64,000 bases of DNA from an uncultured virus (IMG/VR IMGVR_UViG_3300021963_006528) (Duplodnaviria > Heunggongvirae > Uroviricota > Caudoviricetes): IMG/VR virus record IMGVR_UViG_3300021963_006528; one strand, 5' to 3'. The notes under the pieces are model-generated. The model saw only the letters and a list, made by a program, of their open reading frames with translations. It did no database searches and was not told the origin of the DNA. The position numbers and the translations under genes are program-made. Positions 1-8,171 of the stretch are shown one piece after another. Each line of letters opens with the position of its first letter. Within the stretch, counting starts at the first letter, position 1.

Positions 1-23
1 TTAACACACACAAAGGAGAAATT

Positions 24-578
24 TTGAAAAAAACTATTGTTTTATTTACAATGATACTGGTTGCGAGTATAACAGTAACAGCAGTAGCTTCAGTAAACAA
101 TTTGCGGTCTATGCCTTATAAAGCAAACTTTAATATTATGAGCTCAGATGCCAAGAAACAGATTGAGTGTCTAGCAGAAAACATTTACTTTGAAGCTGGG
201 CATGAACCAGAAGTTGGTAAAATTGCCGTAGCATTTGTCACCATCAATCGTGTTAAAAGTGGTAGATTTGAAAATGACATTTGCGGAGTGGTCAAACAGA
301 AAATTCAAAACATTTGCCAATTTTCTTGGTGGTGTGAAGATCGACCAAAGGCAATATCTACAAACAAGGTCTTGACAAACACAAACAATTCGTTATATAA
401 TAGCATCCGTGAACTTGCAGTTTATGTATATGTAAATCACGAAAAGATGGAAGATCCATCTAAAGGTGCCTTATTTTACCATGCCGATTATGTTAATCCT
501 CAATGGCGAAATATGGAAAGATTGACCGTTATTGGTCGACACATTTTTTATAACAGGAAGGATTTAAAGTCAATATGA
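24..578 (+). CDS. Cell wall hydrolase, SleB/Hydrolase_2 family
   Basis: CLAENIYFEA, AVAFVTINRV, QFSW, GALFYHADYVNPQW and IGRHIFY motifs; N-terminal hydrophobic signal; TTG start after AAGGAG. Confidence 0.9.
   Translation: MKKTIVLFTMILVASITVTAVASVNNLRSMPYKANFNIMSSDAKKQIECLAENIYFEAGHEPEVGKIAVAFVTINRVKSGRFENDICGVVKQKIQNICQFSWWCEDRPKAISTNKVLTNTNNSLYNSIRELAVYVYVNHEKMEDPSKGALFYHADYVNPQWRNMERLTVIGRHIFYNRKDLKSI
372..401 (+). promoter_or_regulatory. Consensus sigma70-type promoter inside the hydrolase gene
   Basis: TTGACA (372-377), 18-nt spacer, TATAAT (396-401). Confidence 0.55.
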
Positions 579-832
579 TTACAGATAAGATAAACGATTT
601 CAAAATAATCGTTATTTGCGTTTCAACATTAATATTAGCCACAATTATTTCAATTGCTTGGTTTAATATTCACGATAGGTCACTAATGGCTGCAAATATG
701 GATGAAGCAATTAAAAAAGGAATAGATCCAATTTCGGTTCGTTGCTCATATGTTCAAAGCACAGATTTAATTTGTATTGCGTTTGCTGCTTCAGCGCAAT
801 CACACAATGTAGCTCAACAAGTTAAAAGATAA
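575..832 (+). CDS. Small membrane-anchored hypothetical protein
   Basis: One N-terminal hydrophobic helix; ATGA overlap with the upstream gene. Confidence 0.7.
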   Translation: MITDKINDFKIIVICVSTLILATIISIAWFNIHDRSLMAANMDEAIKKGIDPISVRCSYVQSTDLICIAFAASAQSHNVAQQVKR

Positions 833-849
833 AATAGGAGTATTATATT

Positions 850-1119
850 ATGGCAGTTAAACAATTGACAATTAATCAACTCAATGATTCAGATCGTGAG
901 AAGTTATTTAAAGTCGTTAAAGAATGTTCGGGATCATTAACCAGAATTGAAGGTGAACAAGACTACATTCGTGAGGCAGTTGCAGAGACCGCAAAAAAGA
1001 TGCAATTACCAAAAAGATTGGTTTCAAAACTAGTTAAGGTTTATCATAAACAAAACTATGATGAAGAAATTGCAATACATGAACAATTTGAAAATCTATA
1101 TGAAACGGTGGTAAAATAA
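850..1119 (+). CDS. dsbA: T4-like double-stranded DNA-binding protein DsbA
   Basis: 89 aa; LVKVYHKQNY...FENLYE pattern; upstream of gp33/gp59/gp32 as in T4; AGGAG RBS. Confidence 0.8.
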   Translation: MAVKQLTINQLNDSDREKLFKVVKECSGSLTRIEGEQDYIREAVAETAKKMQLPKRLVSKLVKVYHKQNYDEEIAIHEQFENLYETVVK

Positions 1120-1544
1120 TGTCTAAATTTACTTTTATATGTGAAGATGATCCAATGCCATTTAGTGATGGCATTGTTTCAAAGAAAACAGTTGAATTTA
1201 ATGGTGAATCCTTAGAGGGTATTATCAGCGAATTTGAAATGTTTCTAAAAGGTTGTGGATTTAATTTTGATGGTCAACAATTAGATTTTGTAGATAATCA
1301 TAGTGATAGTTTTGATTATGGTGAAGAACCATCAGAGTGGTATAATGAAGAATTTAAAACACCACAATCTGATCCTTGGACTAAAATTGTTAACCGACAT
1401 GAAGAAGATTTAGAACAACAATATTTAAATAATGTTTTTGGTTCTTCAGATTATATTTGTCCCATATGTAAGTTTTCCAAAAAAACAATGGAAGGTCATA
1501 AATGTTGGGATCCTAACTGTCCCATTACTGAATGTGGAAAATAA
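1119..1544 (+). CDS. Hypothetical protein with C-terminal Cys cluster (possible Zn finger)
   Basis: Coupled to dsbA; CPIC...HKC...C...C at the C-terminus. Confidence 0.65.
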   Translation: MSKFTFICEDDPMPFSDGIVSKKTVEFNGESLEGIISEFEMFLKGCGFNFDGQQLDFVDNHSDSFDYGEEPSEWYNEEFKTPQSDPWTKIVNRHEEDLEQQYLNNVFGSSDYICPICKFSKKTMEGHKCWDPNCPITECGK

Positions 1545-1768
1545 TGGCAACAAAAGAAGAAATGCGGAAGTTTGCTATGAAGATAGAAGGTCTAGTTGCT
1601 AATACCGACTATACTTATCTTGAAGCCATAGTTCAGCATTGTAAAGATACGGGATTAGAAATTGAAGTGGCAGCTACACTTGTGAATCCCACTCTAAAAG
1701 CAAAAATGCAAGAACAGGCAGAAAAAGCAAATTTACTCAAAGTGAAAACTTCTCGATTACCCATATGA
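1544..1768 (+). CDS. gp33: Late promoter transcription accessory protein gp33
   Basis: YLEAIVQHC...IEVAATLVNPTLKAKMQEQAEKANLLK...LPI is the gp33 pattern; start placed at the ATG (1544) overlapping the upstream stop. Confidence 0.85.
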   Translation: MATKEEMRKFAMKIEGLVANTDYTYLEAIVQHCKDTGLEIEVAATLVNPTLKAKMQEQAEKANLLKVKTSRLPI

Positions 1769-2388
1769 ATGGTTATGAAACTTTTGAAATATTTCAATCA
1801 TTAAAACTACATTTTACTACCGAAAAATACGACTATTTTAAGTATGGTGGTAAAACAAATGTTAGTGTTAATACCTTTGAGAATAGGAAAGACAAGTACC
1901 ACTTCTATAAACTCTCACGCAAATTTAATACCAAAGAAGATTTAGAATCTTTTATTGTTGCTAATTTTGTAGAGGACGATATTAAATGGGTTGGCGATCT
2001 ATTATTAGAAGAAGCCAAAAATACTCACCTAAAAAGGCAACGGGTATTACAGTCTTTATCTTATACCTTTGAAAATGATTGTAAAGTTATTTTAGAAGAT
2101 TGTAAAGAAAAACCGAAAGATTGTAAAGTTATTTTCAATCGAATGTTAAAGGTGAATGATGGTAATTATCCTTCATTACTTACATTGGCTTTGAGAAAAG
2201 AAATTCAAATAGAAACGGTAATTATACTGAACAATATTTTAGGTTTTGTACCGAACTGGTCTAAACAGATTACCGATAGTATTAGATGGCCAGATTACCG
2301 AAGAAAAATTGACAAGTATGCCTCTTTTTTACCACAAGATGTAGTAAAATATACATTGATACTAAAAAAGATGATGAATAATGATTGA
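1765..2388 (+). CDS. gp59: Helicase loader gp59
   Basis: LKLHF...YDYFKYGGK...FENRKDKYHFYKL motif; lies between gp33 and gp32. Confidence 0.9.
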   Translation: MNGYETFEIFQSLKLHFTTEKYDYFKYGGKTNVSVNTFENRKDKYHFYKLSRKFNTKEDLESFIVANFVEDDIKWVGDLLLEEAKNTHLKRQRVLQSLSYTFENDCKVILEDCKEKPKDCKVIFNRMLKVNDGNYPSLLTLALRKEIQIETVIILNNILGFVPNWSKQITDSIRWPDYRRKIDKYASFLPQDVVKYTLILKKMMNND

Positions 2389-2866
2389 GAAAATATATTT
2401 AGATATGGATGGAGTTATTGCTGATTTCAATAAGAAATATCGGCAACTCTACAAGATATACCCACATGAGGCGGATACTTACAAGGTATTTGATAAATTC
2501 TTTAACCAATTTATTGAATCGAGGGAATTCGCAAAATTAGATTTGATGCCAGATACTATGGAGTTAATTGAGTATCTGAGATCATTACCTATTCCTACAG
2601 AGATATTATCTTCAACATCTTCTGAAAAAAGAGATGCTCCTATTAGAGAACAAAAGCTGGAATGGTTAAAGAAACATGGTATTGATTTTCCAGTAATTTT
2701 AGTTCCAGGTAAAAGACATAAGAAAAATTATTCTAATGTAAATTCACTATTGATTGATGATACAGAACAAAATATCAATCAATGGCGAGAAGTAGGTGGT
2801 GTTGCTATTCACCACAAAGATGTTATTAGTACCTTAAAAATACTAAAAGATTTACTAAATAAATGA
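2381..2866 (+). CDS. HAD-family 5'(3')-deoxyribonucleotidase
   Basis: IYLDMDGVIADF, ILSS, K..WL and LIDD motifs. Confidence 0.85.
   Translation: MIEKIYLDMDGVIADFNKKYRQLYKIYPHEADTYKVFDKFFNQFIESREFAKLDLMPDTMELIEYLRSLPIPTEILSSTSSEKRDAPIREQKLEWLKKHGIDFPVILVPGKRHKKNYSNVNSLLIDDTEQNINQWREVGGVAIHHKDVISTLKILKDLLNK
2854..2861 (+). promoter_or_regulatory. Possible T4-type late promoter for gene 32
   Basis: ACTAAATA (variant of TATAAATA) upstream of gp32. Confidence 0.35.
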
Positions 2867-2934
2867 TATATTATGTTTATGTGGATAAGTCGTTTATATA
2901 CCGTTAATACTCCGTTTATACGAAAGGAAATACT

Positions 2935-3813
2935 ATGAGTAGTTTTGCTAACCTCAAGCGTGGCCGTAGTGATTTGGAAAAACTCACCAAAGCAATCGAA
3001 GCCACAACTCAATCCGCTGATGCGGGATCCAAAGATGACACCAGACTATGGCAACCAACTGTTGATAAAGCAGGCAATGGTATGGCTGTTATTCGTTTTC
3101 TTCCAGCACCTCAAGCCGATGGTGATGATGCACTCCCATGGATTCGCATTTTCTCCCACGGATTTCAGGGACCTGGTGGATGGTTAATTGATAATTGTCT
3201 TACAACGCTGAATGAGAAATGTCCAGTTTGTGAAGCCAATTCTATGTTATGGAATTCTGGAATCGAAGCAAACAAAAACATTGCTCGTGACCGCAAGCGT
3301 AAGTTAAGTTATCTTGCTAATGTACTTATTGTTTCTGATCCATCCAACAAAGATAATGAAGGTCAAATTAAGTTGTTTAAATTTGGTAAGAAAATCTTTG
3401 ATAAGATTTCGGAAGCAATGAATCCTGAGTTTCCCGATGAAAAGCCTATTAACCCATTTGATTTTTGGGAAGGTGCTAACTTTAAATTGAAGATTCGTAA
3501 TGTTGAAGGTTATCGTAATTATGATAAATCAGAGTTTGAAAGTCCTTCTGCTCTGTATGATGGTGATGATGAAAAACTCGAAGCATTGTGGAAATCAGAA
3601 TTTGGCTTAAAAGAATTTACTGATAAGAAGCACTTTAAATCTTATGACCAGTTGAAAGGTCGTTTAGATAAAGTTCTAGGTACAGCAGTTCCTGGACTTG
3701 CTGCTATTAAAGCTGCTGATGCAAATTTATCTGAGGAAGAGGAAGAGTTTAATACCTCTGGCGCTGAAGATGAAGATTTGGATTATTTCAAATCTCTTGC
3801 AAATCAGAATTAA
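2935..3813 (+). CDS. gp32: Single-stranded DNA-binding protein gp32
   Basis: GNGMAVIRFLPA, HGFQGPGGW..DNC, CPVC Zn site, FGKKIFDKI, GANFKLK, NYDKSEF; acidic C-terminal tail. Confidence 0.97.
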   Translation: MSSFANLKRGRSDLEKLTKAIEATTQSADAGSKDDTRLWQPTVDKAGNGMAVIRFLPAPQADGDDALPWIRIFSHGFQGPGGWLIDNCLTTLNEKCPVCEANSMLWNSGIEANKNIARDRKRKLSYLANVLIVSDPSNKDNEGQIKLFKFGKKIFDKISEAMNPEFPDEKPINPFDFWEGANFKLKIRNVEGYRNYDKSEFESPSALYDGDDEKLEALWKSEFGLKEFTDKKHFKSYDQLKGRLDKVLGTAVPGLAAIKAADANLSEEEEEFNTSGAEDEDLDYFKSLANQN

Positions 3814-3833
3814 GAAATCCCATGCAAGTATTG

Positions 3834-3857
3834 AACCCCGCTTAGGCGGGGTTTTTT
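3834..3857 (+). terminator. Rho-independent terminator between convergent genes
   Basis: AACCCCGC-TTAG-GCGGGGTT hairpin followed by a T run. Confidence 0.85.
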
Positions 3858-5401
3858 CATATTACTCGGGTAATCATATTCTCAAACATCAAATTATCCC
3901 AAGCACTTACTTGTGTACCTGATGGAGCACTTGCCATCTGAGTTCTACTATTATCTACATTGACGATTGGAGTTGTTGTAGATGGTGTGGAGGTTGATGC
4001 CGGAGGTGATGCAATAGCAACAGAAGCTTCATTAATCGTTGCACCACTAGGCGCTGACCCACTAGAATACAATGATGCCATATTCGTAGCACTTTTACCT
4101 ACACTTGCACCAGGTAAATATTTGTCATTTGTATTTTTGCCTTCCAAAAATAAAGCTTTGGCGCCACCAACACCACCATGATGAGCTGCATATAGTCTAG
4201 ATGCGATAGCTGCACCATCACCCTCTACACCTTTCATTACACCAGCTTTGTTCAAACCTACCATGTTCATTTGAGTATATTTTTTCATCAAATCTTCTTG
4301 AATTTGTAAATTATTCAAAAAGTCATCTTTATTTTTCATGCCGTCTTTGCCAGTCCAATTATTTGGATCATAAACAGCATTATCATTTCCTTTACTGGTT
4401 CCTTTTTTCAAATAACCAAAAGTTTCTAACGCTTGAGCGCCAAATTGATATTTTCCTAAAAAACCTTTACCATTATCAATAGATTTGTTTCCACTTTCTT
4501 GTTGAGCTACCAATTCTTTATATTTGTTATAATCAAAACCAATTGGAGATGGTGATGTACTTTGATTAGGAACTATATCGGATCCTGCGCCAACTTCGGG
4601 AGAATAAAATAATAATGCCGTACCTAAGGCCAATTTTGGAGGTGCCATTCTTCTTGGTGGAGGTGCGGCTTTTTTAGGTTTATCTTTATCGGTTTTTTTA
4701 TTTTCTTTTCTATCCGAATCTGGAACATCAGGTACGCTAGTTGGTACTGAATCAAGTAATTTCTTACCAAGAAGTAATGCTCCTAATTCAAGAAGAGCTG
4801 TTTTAATCACTCCACCTAAAGAACTTAATGCACCACTTATAATACTACTTAAACCTGATAGACCAGTAAATAATTGTTGTATGAGTGATTTAGATTCACC
4901 TTTTGCAACAGGTTGTGGAGAAGTTTTACTGCCTTTTTTAAATTGACTTTCATAGGCATCTTCACGAGCACCCGCTCTTTTGAAAAACATATCGGCTTTC
5001 ATTTCAGCCGTATCACCTTGAAGTCTTACCAACTTCATAATATTTAATTTTGCCAAATTAATATCTCTAGCAATTTGAGGCAAAGCTACCGAATTTTTTG
5101 CAGAAATCCTGGTATCATTTTTAATTGATAATAGTATTTCAATACTTTCTTGCGAAAAAATTTGTTGTGGAGGTTGAATACGATTTGATATACTTTCGGC
5201 TTTATCTTTATCAGCTGTAGCCGAATATCCTTTACCAAATATTTTTTTACCAATTTGTGAACCAAGGCCTCCACCAGAAAATAAGACATTTCGTATGTCA
5301 AACATTTCTTTTAGTCTTTTTCCACCAGCAGAAGCTAGACCACCGACTAAACCTTTGGTCTTATATTCTTGTTCTAGTATTCTAGCTAATCTTCCAGCCA
5401 T
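3857..5401 (-). CDS. Tape-measure/baseplate-hub-like virion protein with lysozyme-like (lytic transglycosylase) domain
   Basis: Helical/Gly-rich N-half; QESG...GKYQF...AAHHGG lysozyme-fold motifs; S/T/P-rich tail; directly downstream of gp26/gp51. Confidence 0.65.
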   Translation of the reverse strand: MAGRLARILEQEYKTKGLVGGLASAGGKRLKEMFDIRNVLFSGGGLGSQIGKKIFGKGYSATADKDKAESISNRIQPPQQIFSQESIEILLSIKNDTRISAKNSVALPQIARDINLAKLNIMKLVRLQGDTAEMKADMFFKRAGAREDAYESQFKKGSKTSPQPVAKGESKSLIQQLFTGLSGLSSIISGALSSLGGVIKTALLELGALLLGKKLLDSVPTSVPDVPDSDRKENKKTDKDKPKKAAPPPRRMAPPKLALGTALLFYSPEVGAGSDIVPNQSTSPSPIGFDYNKYKELVAQQESGNKSIDNGKGFLGKYQFGAQALETFGYLKKGTSKGNDNAVYDPNNWTGKDGMKNKDDFLNNLQIQEDLMKKYTQMNMVGLNKAGVMKGVEGDGAAIASRLYAAHHGGVGGAKALFLEGKNTNDKYLPGASVGKSATNMASLYSSGSAPSGATINEASVAIASPPASTSTPSTTTPIVNVDNSRTQMASAPSGTQVSAWDNLMFENMITRVI

Positions 5402-5405
5402 TTAA

Positions 5406-5546
5406 TTAACCTTTTCTTTGAGCATTTAATAATTTAATCTTTTCATTTTCTTCATCCAAATACTTCAGTAACATACCCACATAGATGCTTTTTTCCCACG
5501 GCATCATGTTTTCCAATTCAGTCAAACTATACTTGTGATGTTGCAT
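5406..5546 (-). CDS. gp51: gp51-like baseplate hub assembly protein (not in the ORF track)
   Basis: Translated by hand: MQHHKYSLTELENMMPWEKSIYVGMLLKYLDEENEKIKLLNAQRKG*. The frame stays open upstream to the end of gp26. Confidence 0.8.
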   Translation of the reverse strand: MQHHKYSLTELENMMPWEKSIYVGMLLKYLDEENEKIKLLNAQRKG

Positions 5547-5596
5547 TAAAGCAAAGTTCGTCTGAAAATGATTACCTAAATTATCATAACCAAATA

Positions 5597-6328
5597 TTAT
5601 ACGAAAAAACTTTCGATTCCTTCAACTAAAACATCTTCTTCATAACTACACTTAGGACATTTAAAGTTTATATTCTTCCGCAACTTTGGAGTAGTATCAA
5701 AAAACTCCTTAAACTTCTGTAAATCTTTGGTCTGTAATGATTCTACAAACTCACTTAATTCTTCTTTTGTCGAATCTTTTGCATAATATAAAGTTTCTTT
5801 ATCGTAAATATAATCAATACAACTTATAATAGTATTTAAAATAGATTCTGTTTCGTTTTCACCATCAAGAGATTCAAACACTTTGAAATTTGGGTACTTC
5901 ATTACTACACCCAAATTTTCGGTAATTTCTATTTTGTTTTTATCCGTCTTTTCAAACTCTGGAATTATGTCATTAATATTAACATCAATTTCCACTACTG
6001 TATTACATTTCTTTTCTTCTTCAGATTCGTCTTTAATTAAATTATTGCAACGATATTTTAAATTTACTAACTCACCAACTGATTTGGATCTGAGTTGTAA
6101 AAAAATCTGTTCAATATCAAACAAAGGTAATTCATCAATATCAAGTTCATCTAAAACGCAATTATTAATAACCTGTTTAACTGTATCGGTAATAGATTTT
6201 AAATCTCCTGCTTCCGCAGCCATCAAAAACAATTTTTCTTCTTTAACAGTAAAGGGTCTAAATCGTATTTTCTTTCCTGTTGATAACAACTTCAGATCAT
6301 ATATTGGTACATCAATTTTTGGTAACAT
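5597..6328 (-). CDS. gp26: gp26-like baseplate hub subunit/chaperone
   Basis: MLPKIDVPIY...RFRPFTVKEEK...FDIEQIFLQLRSKSVGE...CPKC...GIESFF. Confidence 0.9.
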   Translation of the reverse strand: MLPKIDVPIYDLKLLSTGKKIRFRPFTVKEEKLFLMAAEAGDLKSITDTVKQVINNCVLDELDIDELPLFDIEQIFLQLRSKSVGELVNLKYRCNNLIKDESEEEKKCNTVVEIDVNINDIIPEFEKTDKNKIEITENLGVVMKYPNFKVFESLDGENETESILNTIISCIDYIYDKETLYYAKDSTKEELSEFVESLQTKDLQKFKEFFDTTPKLRKNINFKCPKCSYEEDVLVEGIESFFV

Positions 6329-6343
6329 AATTTCCTCACTTAA

Positions 6344-7117
6344 TTAAAAGATTCTCCCTAATTTTTGGTCTACATTTTTTCCTAAACCACTCATTAATTT
6401 TTCGCCTTGTAAACCAAACAATGCGGCCGCAGCTTGAGTTAAATCGTAAGTGCCGTCATAGATGGTTCTATATTTCTGATATGCAAACTGCACAGTTAAT
6501 CTGTGTACATTATCATCCGTCCAAGTTAATTGTTGCGATGCTATTCCAATTGGAAAGGCATCAATTAATTCTACCGCATAAATTTGTTTGATAAATTCGT
6601 CATACTGAATAATTTTTATATTTGTCATGTACCTGGTTTTTTCATCTTTTGGAAACCTAAGGTTGTTCGTATCTGTTGGCATAATAGCTTCCAACCAACG
6701 ATCAAAAAGTTTACGCTCATAAAATTCATTTGTACATAAAAATGTTAATGATGTATCTGTATATTGAGATTGATATGGAACTTTAAAAGTTGGACCATAA
6801 ACTTTTACATCAGCCGTATTTAAAGTTTTTCCTGGTAACTCAGCAGATTCACATTGTAACGCCAAATATCTTGATATAGAAGCGTTAGTTGTTTTAGATT
6901 GTGGATCTTGCGGTTGACTACCAAATACTCCACCCAAAATTTCAGAAGCATTTGTAAATATGGTATTTGGTAAATTGAATAACTGTTCGAATACCGAATT
7001 ACCAATAAAGTTATTGATATATTGCGGAATAGGTAATACAACTTGAAAACGATTTGGTCTAGCTAAACCATCTTTAGCTTTAATGTTAGCTAGAAATAAA
7101 TTTGGTGCAAATGACAT
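6344..7117 (-). CDS. Tail tube family protein (gp19/gp54-like tube initiator)
   Basis: GLARPNRFQV, CESAELPG, DAFPIGI and LTVQFAY tube-fold motifs; synteny. Confidence 0.75.
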   Translation of the reverse strand: MSFAPNLFLANIKAKDGLARPNRFQVVLPIPQYINNFIGNSVFEQLFNLPNTIFTNASEILGGVFGSQPQDPQSKTTNASISRYLALQCESAELPGKTLNTADVKVYGPTFKVPYQSQYTDTSLTFLCTNEFYERKLFDRWLEAIMPTDTNNLRFPKDEKTRYMTNIKIIQYDEFIKQIYAVELIDAFPIGIASQQLTWTDDNVHRLTVQFAYQKYRTIYDGTYDLTQAAAALFGLQGEKLMSGLGKNVDQKLGRIF

Positions 7118-7695
7118 TAGAATTTGTTCCTTGAATCAGCGTATACTTTGTTTGTTCCAGCACCAACAAATGTTTCCATTGGTAACATGGCAGCTATGTC
7201 CCACTCATCAGCAAAAACTTCAACAAATCTGGATCTAACATGTGTAAACAAGTACCTTTTAATGCATGGTCTTGCTTCAAATGCTTTTGTTGCTCTTTTT
7301 AAATACTGATAATTTAATCTCAGCCTTGTATTAATATCAAAGCTTTTATCTGTTGCCGTTTCACTTAATTTATCGAGTAACACCATTCTTTCTCTTGGGT
7401 GAATGTAGTGTAAATTAATACCTAAAAATCCATCATTGTATTGTTCTACCGGCAACACCAAAGGAAATCGATCATAATATGGTAATTTTTCTTTATGCTT
7501 TGGATCATAGTAGAAAAAGTACATATGTCCAACAAAAGCGGATCTAGTTGTTCGGTCAACATCTCTAAATAAGGATCGTTGTGAAGCATTTAGAGAGCTT
7601 ATTTTATTTTGTAACCATGCTCTAGATTGTCGGGTTCTTGGTGCTAAACCTTCTTTATCTAAAGATTTTTGTATTCTGTCTATTAGTGTGGCCAT
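7117..7695 (-). CDS. gp2: DNA end protector protein gp2
   Basis: MYFFYYDPKHKEKLPYYDRFPLV...GINLHY...CIKRYL. Confidence 0.92.
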   Translation of the reverse strand: MATLIDRIQKSLDKEGLAPRTRQSRAWLQNKISSLNASQRSLFRDVDRTTRSAFVGHMYFFYYDPKHKEKLPYYDRFPLVLPVEQYNDGFLGINLHYIHPRERMVLLDKLSETATDKSFDINTRLRLNYQYLKRATKAFEARPCIKRYLFTHVRSRFVEVFADEWDIAAMLPMETFVGAGTNKVYADSRNKF

Positions 7696-7699
7696 TTAC

Positions 7700-7707
7700 T
7701 ATTTATA
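7700..7707 (-). promoter_or_regulatory. T4-type late promoter
   Basis: Perfect TATAAATA on the minus strand, 4 nt before the gp2 ATG. Confidence 0.75.
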
Positions 7708-8139
7708 CTAAATTCCTAAATCTTTTTCTGTAACCACTTTAAACTTCCAACCATGGTCTTGGCAAAATATGTCTGCAGCTCTCCACTTCTCTTGGTTAAT
7801 TGCGTATGTTGCAGCTTCTTGTAAATACTTTTGAGTTTTTCTTTTTTGAATAGGAACCTTGGTTTGTTTTTCAGGTTTAATTTCTAAAATATAGGTCATA
7901 ACCAGTCCAGTTTTTTCACGAACTTTTACTATAAAATCAGGAAAGTATCGATGCATTTTTTGATCTACTGGAGAACGATATGGAATGGCGAGTTCTTCCG
8001 AAGCCCACCAAATAATGTTAGGACTTTCATCAAAATACTTCATGACTCTCAATTCCCAAGAAGATCGATATATGATGTTATCTGCACCACCATTATATTT
8101 CTTAGGATTTTTAGGTTTAAATCTTCCTTTATATGACAT
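7708..8139 (-). CDS. gp4: Head completion nuclease gp4
   Basis: YKGRFKPKNPKKY...YRSSWE...WASEE...HRYFPDF...EIKP...NQEKWRAA. Confidence 0.95.
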   Translation of the reverse strand: MSYKGRFKPKNPKKYNGGADNIIYRSSWELRVMKYFDESPNIIWWASEELAIPYRSPVDQKMHRYFPDFIVKVREKTGLVMTYILEIKPEKQTKVPIQKRKTQKYLQEAATYAINQEKWRAADIFCQDHGWKFKVVTEKDLGI

Positions 8140-8144
8140 AAATA
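8137..8144 (+). promoter_or_regulatory. T4-type late promoter for the baseplate operon
   Basis: CATAAATA at the divergence point, overlapping the gp4 start codon, 27 nt before gp48. Confidence 0.6.
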
Positions 8145-8171
8145 CTATCTAGTTAACATTAAAGGCAAAAG

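Noticed and set aside
2309..2340. TTGACA in gp59 as a second sigma70 promoter
   Set aside because: No credible -10 hexamer at 16-18 nt spacing.
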